A DNA stretch of 62,413 bases, the filler included, from Atractiella rhizophila (lineage: Eukaryota), in assembly GCA_021432655.1 (NCBI GenBank). It is 26 parts of 26 records of this genome, joined end to end, with 100 filler letters (N's around TTAATTAATTAA, not from the genome) between each part and the next. Parts side by side here need not be neighbours in the genome. Positions count along the whole stretch, not along the records: positions 21,968 to 24,288 come from MU272713.1; positions 24,389 to 26,703 come from MU272714.1; positions 26,804 to 29,111 come from MU272715.1; positions 29,212 to 31,516 come from MU272716.1; positions 31,617 to 33,920 come from MU272717.1; positions 34,021 to 36,321 come from MU272718.1; 20 more parts are not named here. One strand, written 5' to 3'. The notes beneath the pieces were generated by a model. The model ran no database searches. It was not told where the DNA came from and was given only the letters and a program-made list of their open reading frames with translations. The translations under genes and the position numbers were made by a program. This document shows, piece by piece, positions 21,868-35,004 of the stretch (within the stretch, counting starts at the first letter, position 1; the number at the start of each line of letters is the position of its first letter).

Positions 21868-24388
21868 NNNNNNNNNNNNNNNNNNNNNNNNNNNNNNNNN
21901 NNNNNNNNNNNTTAATTAATTAANNNNNNNNNNNNNNNNNNNNNNNNNNNNNNNNNNNNNNNNNNNNGATGTGGCAGGATAGTACACCCTTGACCACCTT
22001 CCAAATCAAAATGTTTCACTCCCTATACATCCTATGCATTGGGATGACAGTTATTTAGAAATTCCGGATTGATTTCGAGCAATCTGAACAGGAATAGTCT
22101 CGCGCCCATTCCCTCTACGATCTCCTGTTGAAGAAGTCATCGTGCTTGAATGAAGTGGATAAAATAGGACGTGAAGGAGGTGTCAAATCTCAAAGTTTGG
22201 GTCGCTTTTTCCAAATTCGAGATCCATGCAGCAAAACAAATATCGAAGGCGCTTATGGGCCCGACGGACGAAGACGAGGAGGAGCAAGTCGTTACCGATC
22301 ATGTAACGGCAGGAAAGGATGGAATATAGAGAGCTTGGAAGCTACTGGAGAGGGGTTGTGCTGAGTTTAAGAGCAAGACAAGGTCTCAATCCATAAGTCC
22401 CTTCCCATCCATCCCTCTGGGTGTATAATAACGATATGCGCGATGAGGGTAGAGAACAGCCATTTTGAATGTGCAGAAAGAACTTAAACAACAGCACGGA
22501 GATGTACACTGTCCGGCGGTATAAGAAGGATGAGAATGGACAGATGTCCGAAGGTCAGTGCTTCCTTCACCTATTGTTTGTTTCGCATTATCTAAGCATG
22601 TTTAGCTGGAAGTAGACACATAATGCCAGCAATTCGCAAACAGAGCTTCATATCATGGAGGGCTTCAAGGTGTAGGAAGCATGGTAACTTCCTGATCCTA
22701 TGTGCGGAAGCCATGAACCTCCCTTACCACAAATGTTCCTTCAATGGAGGAACATACTAGAACTTGCGTATCATTGACGACAGCATCTACCTGGACATTA
22801 TCCTCCATCGGGGTCCTGATATACTCGAGTATCTCTGCTTGAGCCTTCTTCTCGGCTTCCATGATGTGCTGTCTCCTGGGCTGCAGCCAGGAGCTGGATT
22901 TCATGAACAAACTAGTGTCAGGATGAAATCCTGCCAATGTAGCAATCCAAGACAATTCACCTGCTCTGCCTTCATTGTTTCCCGTGGAGGCGAGGAGGAT
23001 TCGATTTCCTCGACTGTGAAAGAAGGAGATGGAATATAGTATCGTCCTGCGAGGTACTCGATGTCAAAGATGTGTTGTCCGCCTGGTAGCAACAGGGGTT
23101 GGAAGAAGTATCCTTTGCAGGAGAGATGTCAGCTATGGGTGGTGGCATCGAGGCTGAGGAGGTGATCTTTTGAAGACCGAACGGGATAAATTGAGTATTT
23201 TTGGAACGCTGCCATTGTATGTGCACTGGGGGGAAGATGGAATGAAGAAAGCCAAATCGTGAGTATGCTTGCTCTATCTTTTGAAAGGCAGTTTCAAGGC
23301 AACGGGGAAGCCACATCGCCATGATTTCTGAATTTTTCTGAGCAAATTCACACCTTTGAAAGAGAATTTACGAAATCTCGTCTTTCAGCATTCTCCAACT
23401 CAAGCGCAACGGTTGCTCAATGTTACGAAACCAAATACCTTCCCCCAGTTTTCCCGACTCCTTGAGTTACCTTCAGCTTTCTTGCAGAAGATTCAACACT
23501 TACGACCACTGGAGACAATACTCCGTCCAGGACCTAAATCTATAGGCTCCCGGACGATCCCTCCGCCGCGAGACCCTGAGATGATCCCCAGCTCATTCAA
23601 GGCGATGTGAAACTGCCAACCAGCCCCCAGTGCCTTACATTTCCGTGTTTGTTCGTGTTTATTCACTCTCACCAAAGAGCGATTACGTTCCTTTGACAAA
23701 GAAACATGTTGTCGTTCACGGTTCATCCTGCCATCTCACTTGAGTGGCGATTGTTCTCACATTTTCTAGTCCCTTTACTACTTTACTTTTTCTTGAATGT
23801 CCTAGAATAATGTCTTACAAAGTATATAAAGCCTGTAAAACACTGAAGAATATTGTTCCCATTCTACAATATCAACAAAACAGCTTTTACGGACAAAAGG
23901 AGGAAGCAGAATGATATGAATGAGGATACAGCTTGGTGCATCAACATCTGCTGGGTCCCCATCTGATAGAAGCTCATCGTGCTTGTCAGCAAAAGGCTGC
24001 AATCACTGAGAATCACCCTGAACCTCTTCCAATGCAGACTTCCGAACAGCAATCCTTAGATCGGGGAAGAAATAGGTGAGGTGGGAAGTAGAGATGAAGA
24101 TGGAGTGCTTGAGGACGAGGATGATGGCGGCAGGAGATATGTCTTCAGGCATACATGGGGATTTTGGCAAAAGAGGCGTCCCATTTCAGTGCCCATAATG
24201 GCATGATTTGGAGAATGATGTCCTTTTCAGCGCTCCCTTTGTCAAGCCCACCTGTGCATGTGACATTAGTGCTTCATAGATGACATTANNNNNNNNNNNN
24301 NNNNNNNNNNNNNNNNNNNNNNNNNNNNNNNNTTAATTAATTAANNNNNNNNNNNNNNNNNNNNNNNNNNNNNNNNNNNNNNNNNNNN

Positions 24389-24960
24389 TCCATCATCGAC
24401 GCCGCTTCTGAACCGGTCGTAAGGTACAGACGCTCGTTGATCCAACGAAGTCGCGCCCCGAGAAGTTTGGTACGCATCTTCGTTTGGAGGCTGGTGCTGC
24501 CGAGCGTGGATAGGTCGTTGGTGACGTGAGAAGAGGACGAGGGAGGTGGAGGTGGATCAGAATGAGTTTGAGATGATAGAGAGGCTATTTTCTGCTTTTT
24601 GGTAGGCTGTTTAGAAGGTCCTTTCTCCATTCTCTCATTCTTCGACATCTTGGACACTCCTCCCTTTCCCTTTCCCTTTCCTTCTGCTTTGCTACCAGCG
24701 AAAGAATGAACCACACCATCCTTTTCCTTATCCACCTTCAACTTCTTCTTCCCCTGCGATGCAACTTTTCTCGTACCCATCCCATCCCCATTCCGCACAT
24801 CACCCTTCTCCTTTCCGGCTCCTTTCCTCTCTTCTCCATCACCATCTCCCTCCACACCACGCTTCCGCTTCTTCGACTTCGTCCGTGGCTGGTGAGAGAC
24901 CGAAGGATCGGGGGCGATCGCGGACGTGATGTTCAGACCGGGGGTCTCAAAGAGAGACAT
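24389..24960 (-). CDS. RRP8: 25S rRNA m1A methyltransferase Rrp8, 5' part
   Basis: MSLFETPG, a Lys-rich N-tail, then TSLQTKMRTKLLGARLRWINERLY, matching the Rrp8 motif LQxKMxxKLxGxRFRWINExLY. Confidence 0.85.
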
Positions 24961-25975
24961 TGTCCCTTTTACAACTTAAGGTGTCTTGAGCTCTGCAGTA
25001 CAGAATTTTTGTGTGTACGTAATTGGTCTGTGTGGATGGAAAAAAGCATTTTTTCGTCCACTTGAGTACTTGCAATGTTTCTTCAGATGGTATCAGTCTT
25101 GAGGAAATTGGTAAGGGCAAGGTCGAACTTGTAATGGGTCAAGAATGGCCTTCAATAGTAGGTGGTGCGATGGAACCATGGTGCGTGTTGCGGCGTCATT
25201 GCCCTGGAAGTTTTGCGCTAACAGTTGCAAAAGAGGAGAAGGGATTGAAAGGAACATTTAGAGCTGAACCTGCCCTTGCTTCTGTTATTATTGCACCTTA
25301 GCAAGGTTTTAATCTCTCCTGCAGCTGCCTGCAGTGATGAAACATGAAATCTCGGTCATTGTCTCACACATCACAATCACCATGAGCTCTGCCACTTGTA
25401 CATTGTCAGGTAAATTGTGTCCAGTCACGGCTAAACTCATCGAAGCTTCCTACAATGTTCCACGCACTCTCATGCCGCCTTCAAAATTGCAGCTTTAATC
25501 CTTCCCGTTTCCATCTCCTGACTGATCCTCTCCGAACTCTCACGTATCCTTCCATTGATACAAGTAACTCAGAGGGCTATGGTGGTCAATTAAAGGACAA
25601 GTGGGGCTTTTACAGGTGTGTGGTCGACCCATTTGCGCTCTTGGTCATCAAAATATAGTCTTTGGCTGTTGTTTGATATGGGTTCGGGGCACAAATCACG
25701 ATGATGGCGACATCTCGATTTTTGTGTGATGAATCGCAATATTGGAACCTCTTGGTTGATTCTTGACCTGCCGTCAAGTGCTCTCATGGGCAGACATTTG
25801 AAGCTGTCGACTTTGAGGAGCAGAGAAGCTATCGGAAACACGAATCGATTCATCAAGAGAAAAAGGGTATAAGTTAGGATGTAACTACAGTCTGTGAGTT
25901 CGAAGTTGAATTTGAACTAGATGAGCATCCGTCACAAAGGAAAAAGAGCAGGACACGGTGCTTTAATCATCACCG

Positions 25976-26703
25976 TTAACATTCTCCTTCGTCGTTTAAC
26001 CCATATAGCACAGTGTTGATCAACGAGATTGGTGATGTTTTGCTATCCACGAAGCTTTTTACTGCTTTACTGAATTCACCACTCGATGCCTTGCTGCCAT
26101 CTCCCAAATGGAGGTATTCGTCCATCAAGAGATCGCGGAGAGCGCGATTTTGGTTTCCGACGAATTCTTGATAGCGAAAACGCTCTGTGATCTGGTCGAT
26201 CAGCTGGAGGAGAGATGTGTTTTGTGCTCCTGCGTGAGCGCGGTAATATGAGCGAAAACGGAGAAGCCAATCTATGAAAGCATCAACACCTAGCTCACTG
26301 AGATGAAAGGAAGAGAATATACTGTAGTCGTTCATGTTTCCTATCCCGTCGACAAGATACCTTATATCTTGAGGGCAGTTCTGCAAACACCACATTTTGA
26401 CGGCTACTCCGTCCCAAACTCAATCAACAGATAATTCAAGAGACGGGAAGGAAGGCGAACCGTATACCGCTACGGCTCCTACGTTATCGTTATACATTCT
26501 CTCTTCCTTCTCCACCCTATTCTTATCCCAAGCAACCCTCTTCTCGTCCACCTCCTTCACCTTCTCCAAGATTCCTACGAGACGATCGCACTCCTTCTTC
26601 CAATAGTGTTGCTGCTCCTGCTTCTTCTCATCTTTTGTCGGGTTGGGAGTAGGGGTAGGAGTAGTGTTGGACGAGAGATGGCAAGAGCAGGTGCCAGACG
26701 TCA
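25976..26703 (-). CDS. Hypothetical protein fragment
   Basis: 139-aa ORF (WCLQNCPQDIRYLVDG...) preceded by a coding-like coiled segment at 26480-26700. No family recognised. Confidence 0.35.
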
Positions 26704-26803
26704 NNNNNNNNNNNNNNNNNNNNNNNNNNNNNNNNNNNNNNNNNNNNTTAATTAATTAANNNNNNNNNNNNNNNNNNNNNNNNNNNNNNNNNNNNNNNNN
26801 NNN

Positions 26804-27225
26804 TGACTCAGTCGGCGTACCTTATCCCAATTCTGGATCTGCTTACTGCGACGCAAAGGTCTGTTTTGTGTTTGTTGCCACTTTCACGTCATGTCTTATG
26901 GATTGTTTAGGTCGCTCATCAGGACGACCTGCCTCTGCTTTTTGCGAGTGGTCCTGTCTATCCCTCCACAACCGCTCAAGTGCTTTCCACCGCGGAGACC
27001 CTTCTTCGCTGGACACAATTTATCAAGTTTGGGAATCCAAACCAGCTCCCTCTGGTGACCTGGAACCCTGTTATTGATTGGAATCATCTCAACATGCTTC
27101 TCATCGGTGGAGGCAACTCCAACGGCTTGAGTCAAGTTACTCAAACTTTCAGAAATGATATATGTGGGCCGACTTTCTGGGGAGCGACAGGCTACATTCC
27201 TTTCGATAGTCAACTCTACTCTTGA
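26804..27225 (+). CDS. Type-B carboxylesterase/lipase, C-terminal part
   Basis: GVPYPNSGSAYCDAK|VAHQDDLPLLF (catalytic His region)..RWTQFIKFGNPN..W..C..FWG; stop at 27225. Confidence 0.7.
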
Positions 27226-27547
27226 TGGCCATTCTGCTCTAATCTATCTAACATATTCGGTTCCGTTTAATTTGGTCCAATTATTTTCTCCCAACTTATC
27301 CCCAATGAAACTCGTTCGTTAAGTGGTCTCCTCGTTCGTTATGTCGTCTTGCAACTTCGCAATTTGCAGTAGTTAATCCCTGTAGCCCTTTCTCCTCGAT
27401 TTGCCTCGTATTTCAATCGTACATTACAAGTGCAGAGCTGAGCGCCGAGTACTGACTAGTGGATTTAATGAAGTAATCTCATTAGAACATTATTTCGTTA
27501 TTCGTGGGTATGCATTTGCGGCTACGATTCACAATTGTGACATTTCC

Positions 27548-28590
27548 CTACACGTCCGGTTTGACCCAGGCCCACGGCTGCCCCATATCCATCATTCCAG
27601 GTATCCAATATGCGTCCTCTCGGGGCGTATTCCAAGCAACAGTCCAGCGGCTTTCAAGACCAAGTTCCTTTGCCACTCTCTCCTTCAGTCGATAGACTTT
27701 CTCCGGGACCTCAGGTTTCTCAAAGTAGCGCAATCGTTGCTCCCTATCTTCTTGTTTCTCGCTCACCTACGAGTCATATTATTGAGCTCACTTGAGTGCG
27801 CAGATAAAGAAAAGGCACCTCGTAGTCATCTGGGTGAACAGAAAGATATGCCAGTTCCGGGGGTTGCAATCGCCAATCTTCTTTCCATTCGGGGTCTGGT
27901 AGAGGCACAGACGGGTCGTACGGGAGATGGATATAATCGAGGGAGCTCTTATTTCCAATGGTCAAGTTGACATAAATGACCGGTACCCTGCTGGCACAGT
28001 CAGCTAAGGTATGAGTTCGCAACAACTGTGGGCCCCTACTCTTGGATAAACAAGCGCGCCTTCAACAAGACGGGGAATGTTGCATCTGGTGCTATCTGGG
28101 CGACAGTGAACTCTTCCCTCTCTGCCCAACGATCAACATAAGTGACTTCCCCTCTCTCTGTTGTTTTTTCATCTGCGACAAGGAACGGATTGATGCGCCA
28201 CGTCTTTGCCGTCCATCCATCATGCTCGTACTCATCAAATGGGTTAGTGCCATTCTCCTGCTGTAATCGACCCATGATTTCGTTTGTTGCGAGACCATAA
28301 AAATCAGTCCTTTCTGAAACAGTCATTCGGACCATTGGATCATAATCGTCGTGCGCGGATAAAGCGAAGTCTCGTTTCAACGCTGAGATTGTCGAGGGTT
28401 GAAGAGGGTGCGAGAGGTAGAGCGTGATGATATCAGGAGGAGAGCGACGCAGCTTCGTTCCAGGTGTAGCTTTTTCATTAGGGAGCGTTTTGTCTGATTG
28501 AACTTCCTCGCGATCGGACGCTGGGGTTACCACAGCACCTTTAGGCGTGCCTTTTACTTTTCGACTGACTTTTCGTAGGAGTTTTTTCAT
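27548..28590 (-). CDS. Hypothetical 3-exon fungal protein
   Basis: ORFs 28590-28036, 28025-27774 and 27766-27548 can be joined by two short GT-AG introns into one frame (MKKLLRKV...VNLTIGN...WVKPDV*). Confidence 0.6.
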
Positions 28591-29248
28591 CGCCTCCTGT
28601 TGGTTGCTGATGGTTAAAGTGGGATAGTGGGAAGGACGTCATCTTCCTTTTGATTTGATTCCGCGAATGGATGTGGCACGTGCCTGCAAACATCTTCAGA
28701 AGGGAATTACGCAGCCAATATAGCGGCCGCTGTTCAGAGAAGAGGACGAAAGATTTCCAGATTCGCAGAGCACATCCGAGACAAAGACGGGAGAACAAGG
28801 ATTGAAGCAGAGGCGGAGGGCATCAGTGCCGCGTGAACAGGACAAACGATGCAAGGACAGCTCAGCTCAGCTCGGTTGAAGCTTTAACGTGATCGTAGTC
28901 ACACTCCTTGACAATGCTTTCCAATGTAGACCATGCCAGTTGCAGCTGGTCCTAGACGTATGCTCCAATCGGAGACAGATATTCTTCACTAAATAAAGCT
29001 GGATACATAAGTCGAAAATAGGAACCATACTGGGAGGACAGCTGCGCCATAAAAATAGGCTACTGAGAAGATTGAGAGGGTGAGAATTTCCAATTCAGGC
29101 AACGCAAATGANNNNNNNNNNNNNNNNNNNNNNNNNNNNNNNNNNNNNNNNNNNNTTAATTAATTAANNNNNNNNNNNNNNNNNNNNNNNNNNNNNNNNN
29201 NNNNNNNNNNNTTTTCCCCACTTACAACCCCTAATACTCTGAATGCAG

Positions 29249-29287
29249 TATTACAATACCGCCTCACTTGTGGCTTATTGCAGCTAA
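29249..29287 (+). CDS. Last exon of an upstream class-3 lipase paralog
   Basis: GAATGCAG|TATTACAATACC...TATTGCAGCTAA encodes YYNTASLVAYCS*. It has the same acceptor context and length as the last exon of the downstream lipase (YYNTLAIVPYCS*). Confidence 0.75.
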   Translation, partial: YYNTASLVAYCS

Positions 29288-29777
29288 GCCAAACGAACCA
29301 AAAATGATGATCTGACGAACATCTCAACGAAATGTATTAAATGCAGCTGTACCAATGGAACAAGCGACAAAATTCGCCAGAGACTTTGCTCGTTCCTAAT
29401 TTGTTGAAGTATCACATATTAATATTGATCTGCAGTTTGCAGAAGAGCTGAAATGGGAAGCGAGGGATCGCAACTTCGGTCTGCGGAATTCGCATTTGAT
29501 GGGTGGGAGGTGGGATCGAAAGCCGAGACGCGTGGGAGGACGGTCTATCAGTTCTCCCCGCCTCGCAGCCTCCACACTCGTGTCCTGCTGATCAGGCGCA
29601 AAGAGAGCTGCAGTGTGGCTGGAGCTGTAAGATCAGCGCGTAGCTGGATATAGCTCGACGTTGACTGTGGGTGAAGATGGGTGGGTATAAATAGGGAGTG
29701 GTGATGGCATTGCTCATCAGAGCACAGGTTTGTCTTTCAGGCGTCGTGTGTGAGTAGCAAAGGTTGTGAGCTCGAGG

Positions 29778-31012
29778 ATGGGTCCCTTTTCCGTTGTTCT
29801 TGCTGCTCTCTCCCTTCTGGTCGGAACGACGTTGGCGGCTCCCGTCTCCCGCTTGGAGAAACGAGTGGATCAATGTACGTGCCTTACTTCCTTCTCACAC
29901 AAGGAATCAACTGACTCTCGAATAAGCCGTGTATGACGAGCTCCTCTATTACTTCCGTTACGCGTCCTCCGCCTATGGCGACTCTTGCGCCAAACCAAAC
30001 GGCAATACTCTCGTCCTCCAGATCGAGGACCTGAACACGGACACTGAGGGATTCATTGCTCGTGATGATAACAGGAAAGAAATTGTTGTCGCTCTCCGTG
30101 GATCTTCGACTATTGACGATGCGTTTACGGAGTTCGTTACGTCTTCACCTGCCTTTTTTGACTCATCTTTCGTGGACAAACAGTGTCAGCATCCTCCAAA
30201 AGCCATACAGTTCAGCTGGTGTAACTCCCGCCGACGATGTGTATGTCCACGGTGGTACGTCTGCATTGCCAGCGCCGAACTGGGACTGAAATATTAGCAG
30301 GATTCCTTGATGCCTGGAATTCGGTTGCACAAATTGTCATCGACACTGTCAAGGGACAACTCGCATCTCATTCCGAGTACACGATCGTGACAAGTGGACA
30401 TTCCCTCGGTGGCGCTCTCAGCTCTTTGGCCGCTGTTAGCATGAAGGGGAACTTTCCCAACTCGTTCGTCTCCTTATACTTGGTGGGAGGGGGGTTTCCT
30501 TCCTGACTCCATTTTTCCAGACCGGTACGGATGTACACTTACGGCCAACCCCGAACTGGAAACAATGCCTGGGCTTTCTGGGTTAATAGTCTCTTTGGAG
30601 AGAATGCGAAACGAGGCGTTAACGCAGACGATGGAGTGCCCACACTTATACCCGTTGAAATTGGTTATCGCCATCACGTGCGCACACCTACTTTTTCCGC
30701 TACAAGATATCGTAATCTGTTTTACCATGAAGGGTATCGAATACTGGACGAAGGATTTCCCTGCCACTGCCAGCAACACGGTAAAATGTGCTGCAGATGG
30801 GGAGGTGAGCTTTGAGCTTTCAGTTTGCTCTTGTACCCGACCCTCACATCTAGTGAGACAGGACCCGAACTGTTCTGCATCTATCCCTTCAGGAGGAATA
30901 AACCTTGGGCATACCACCGTGAGTGGAGACATCTCATCGTTATTCCTTCCAACGTCTAATTTGTTGAATGCAGTATTACAATACTCTCGCAATCGTCCCT
31001 TATTGTAGCTAA
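29778..31012 (+). CDS. Secreted class-3 lipase (alpha/beta hydrolase), complete
   Basis: Signal peptide MGPFSVVLAALSLLVGTTLAAP with a KR site, IVVALRGS, VHGGFLDAW, GHSLGGA, YTYGQPRTGN, DGVP, GYRHH|GIEYW, DPNCS, H..YY. TATAAA upstream near 29686. Confidence 0.93.
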
Positions 31013-31281
31013 GCTGATGATATCCTATCGAACTTGAAGCGTCGCATTGACATTTTGTACTGCTAGTGAACTGTAACTGTAGCCTAATTGAAATTGCGAA
31101 GTTATGGGTTCACCTTGACCGAGTGAAAGAATTACCATGCCTCATCAGACGGATGGTCACAATCACGGATCTCGGATGTCGGATGTCACAGTTCAAACCA
31201 CTTGCAGAACAGCAAGTGCCACAACTTAGTGCCACATATCTGAACGTTTATTTTGCTAGCGTTCGCAAAAAACGCGACAGT

Positions 31282-31362
31282 GGCGCTTTGGCGGAGTGGT
31301 TAACGCGATGCCCTGCTAAGGCATTCCCTTCGGGGGCGTGTGTTCGAATCACACAGGCGTCG
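31282..31362 (+). tRNA. tRNA-Ser(GCT), intronless
   Basis: Acceptor stem GGCGCTT/AGGCGTC, A-box TGGCGGAGTGG, anticodon arm ATGCC-CTGCTAA-GGCAT, long variable arm, TGTGT-TTCGAAT-type T arm, discriminator G, TTTTT terminator at 31366. Confidence 0.95.
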
Positions 31363-31616
31363 AACTTTTTCCAGTTGCGTTTCATCCTCTCACTCTCGCT
31401 GACTTTGGCATCTGCGTAACGTAATAATGATTGCTTCGGTTGCAATGGCAATTCCTTGTCTAACCGTCCACCGGCTCTCACGCATGCTTTTTCATCAGTA
31501 GTCTCTTAATATGAATNNNNNNNNNNNNNNNNNNNNNNNNNNNNNNNNNNNNNNNNNNNNTTAATTAATTAANNNNNNNNNNNNNNNNNNNNNNNNNNNN
31601 NNNNNNNNNNNNNNNN

Positions 31617-33788
31617 GCGTCAGCTCCTTTCTACACCCCCCGTCCACATCCTGACATGACACCAGCGTCTTTCCTACGCTCCGCTCTCGAGGACGCGATA
31701 AAGCAGGTGGATACCAATCACTACAGGTTCCGTCGTCCCCTCCTCTCCTCTTCTCCAGACGACATTCATTCACTGGGCTGATGATACGATCTACACAGCC
31801 ATCCCCGTGGTCGTTTGAGGTTGAGGAATGCGCTGTCGGAGTATCTGTCTCCCACTTTATCGTCGTCGCTGGGGAGAAAGCTGGACCCGGCATCTGAGAT
31901 CGTGGTCACTGCCGGTTCGTGTCCCTCTCCTCCTTTCTTCAGTTTTGGTCCATGATCGGACGTATGGATTATAGGCGCAGATGAAGGCATCCATGCGTTC
32001 TTTACTGCCTTCTTGAACGAAGGGGACGAAGTCATCCTCTTCGAGCCCTTCTTCGACCAAGTATGTCTCCTCCCTCCATCCCTCCCATATTCCCCTTCCA
32101 CATCGTAAAACCGACGTTACCTCTGATGCGTTATTTATTTATGAAGTACATTGCAAATGTGAAATATAATGGAGGAACACCAATCTTCGTTCCTCTCCAT
32201 CCACCGCCACGATGCTCATCAACGACGGTTCCGGCGAGCGAATGGAAGATAGACATGGATGAATTCAGGGATGCGATCACGGGTCGAACAAAAGCTATCA
32301 TACTAAACAATCCGCACAATCCGTTCGTCTCCTTCCCTCCTCTTCTCTCTGCTTGTTGAATGGAAAGGACGCACTGACATTCGGGTCTGCTCTGATGTTG
32401 ATGTAGGGTGGGGAAGATATTCAGTGAAGAGGAACTAAGGGAAATCGGCAAGGTAGCGGAGGAATTCAACCTCTTGATCCTAAGCGACGAGGTCGTGCGT
32501 ATCTCTCCTCCTCGTTGATATCAAGCAACCATCGACCTATTATGAACAGTACGACTGTCTAGCCCTGAACGGTCCGTCCCTCCTTCCGTTCGCTTCCCAA
32601 CATACCGCTCATTGATCCCAATCCCCTTCAATGATCAGACGAAAAGTTCACGCGGATAGCTGCAGTCGACGACTTGTGGAAGAGGACGGTGACCGTTGGG
32701 AGCGGGGTATGTTTCCGTTCTTTTGACGACCAAAATACCAGCAATGCGAGCTCGAGCGCGATCGATGTTGACGCTGCAGTATTTGTGGTTCGGTGATTGA
32801 TTTTGGGAATGTGGGATCGTAGGGCAAGACGTTCGCTGCGACGGGATGGAGAATCGGGTGGTGTTTTGGGCCGGAGTACTTGATACAACCTCTCCTTTCT
32901 GGTGCGTACCGTCCTCTCCTCCATCTGAATCAGTGGATGGCTGGTGAATTGATATGTCTGTTTGAATGATATCACAGCAACGTGAGACCTCCCAACATCT
33001 GTCAAAGTGGCGATTGAACAGTAAAACATTTTAGGACGCGCATAGTCTTTTGTTGTAATGTGTGTCTTTTTTCTTCTTTCCCTGACCTGTCCTAATTTGG
33101 AGATAAACGACTGAAAATTGAAACGTAGTCGCCATGTCAAGAAGCCATGGCTGTCGGACTCGAGGTCGGAATGAAGAATGGATTCTTCGATCGTCAACGA
33201 GCTGAGTATGCGGAGAGGTTACAGGTGGTGAAGGAAGGCTTGGACGAGTTGGGGGTGCGTATCCCCTTCCATTAACTTTATATTTGCTTGGGAGCTTATC
33301 ATGCGTCGTAGCTGCCATATACCATTCCACAAGGTAATATGCACCCTTCTTTCGTGTAGAGCATACCGTGTGTTGACCAAGGCTTGCGTTTGTATTGACA
33401 GGAGGATACTTCGTCCTCGTTTGCACCGAGTCTGTCTCTTCCCTCCATCTTAGCCCAAAGACATAGATATTGAAGTGAGGAAACAGCAAACTGAACATCC
33501 CAGATTCATTCGAAGCGGATCCAATCGTCAGTCCCTCTCGCCCTATTACTTCTTCATTGCTCATGCACACACGAATATATACAGGTCAAAGGCTTTGCCG
33601 CCGATTACCGCACTTCCTTCTTCATCACACAAACCGCCGGCGTGGTGTCCATCCCCGTGAGCGCCTTCCACTCAGAAGCGCATTGGGGGATCGGGGAACA
33701 CTTTGTTCGACTATCTTTCGGCAAGGATTTGCAGACGCTTAGCGAGGGCATGGAGAAATTGAGAAAGCTGAAAGTGTATTTGAAATAA
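31617..33788 (+). CDS. Class I PLP aminotransferase, kynurenine aminotransferase (BNA3/KAT)-like, 5'-truncated
   Basis: NHYSHPRGRLRLR, EIVVTAG|ADEG, GDEVILFEPFFDQY, ILNNPHNP|VGK, ILSDEV|Y, TVGSG|GKTFAATGWRIGW (PLP Lys), TRIVFCCN|SPCQEA, RLSFGKD; TAA at 33788. Confidence 0.9.
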
Positions 33789-34020
33789 GGTACTCATTAA
33801 CATTCCATTGATAACATTCATCATCTTGCTTGTACCCAGTACACTCTGAGTCGTCACGAAATCTGAGTAGATAGGTACAATAAGTCCACAAGTTAGTCCG
33901 CATAAGAAACAGTCAAGCAANNNNNNNNNNNNNNNNNNNNNNNNNNNNNNNNNNNNNNNNNNNNTTAATTAATTAANNNNNNNNNNNNNNNNNNNNNNNN
34001 NNNNNNNNNNNNNNNNNNNN

Positions 34021-35004
34021 TGTGCCTGCACATGACTTCCTGCTGGCTATTAATCTTCTCCGTAATCAGTCTCATCCTGGCAATCAATATCCATTTCCGC
34101 ATCACGAAGATAATCCAAAGCTGCCCACACTCTACGCTCATTGGTGCCTGGAAGAACAGCCATTCCAACTGCTCTTAGAAGGGACTGTGCGCCTTTGTAG
34201 GCAGCTTTAGCGCACCTCTCAAGTTCAACATTGGTAGGATATTGAGCAAGGGCAGCAAGGTCAATATCTTATCTTTTGAATTGACATAAGTGTGATGGTA
34301 GCCAGCAGCTCCTGTGGCAGCATTATCTTTGGTCGACAAATTGTGAAAGGCACCCGCCAGCAGAACTCAAAGCTTCAGAATCATGAGGAGGGCATCAACA
34401 GCGCTAAATGTCCCGACAATTGTGCGCATTCCAGTGAAAACATGCGCGTTTGTTTCGGTTGTCAGTCGCCATGGGAGAAGAGGATAATCTGGAAAGAATT
34501 GGCGATAGATAAAGACGAGCATGACCAAGCTATCAGCTTCAATGTTGAAAATGTCATAGGCTCATGAGAGATAAACTGGCGGGAGACGGAGTAAAGATGA
34601 TGACGATCCACAAAGTGCTTCCAACCGGCAAGCAAGAACTTTGCTCTTAGCACCATTTCAATACGCTTGACCAACAGTAAGCACCGGTTCTCCAATGCAT
34701 CTAGCAGTTGTCCATGGATGAAGGTATAAACGATGAGGCCTAACCCTTCGGAGCAGGTTTGTGCCAGGTGTTCTAGAAGAGGAGCAGAGAAAACTTGAGC
34801 AGCTGCATGATCATCATGACAGTCGCTTCTTTCAACATCCTGATGTAGCAATGGCCCTTGGTTAATGTCTGAAAAGGCAATGTCGTGGAGCTGGTCTCCT
34901 AATGCGAGAATGCTAATGCCTGTCATACAGTTATTGCAGGCAGTTTTGGTGGCATGTTTGCGGTTCTGAAGCTTGACAGCAGGGGAGTATTCCTTCAGCA
35001 TCAT
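34021..35004 (-). mobile_element. Decayed P-element/THAP9-like fungal transposase
   Basis: QNRKHATKTACNN resembles the DxxHxxKxxRN motif; DVERSDCHDDHAAAQVFS resembles DRQDDxAAxRLFS; then YPLLPW..TETNAHVFTGMR after a frameshift near 34560. Confidence 0.55.

Noticed and set aside
21968..24288. Broken minus-strand ORFs suggesting a decayed gene or TE
   Set aside because: No motif I can assign to a family.
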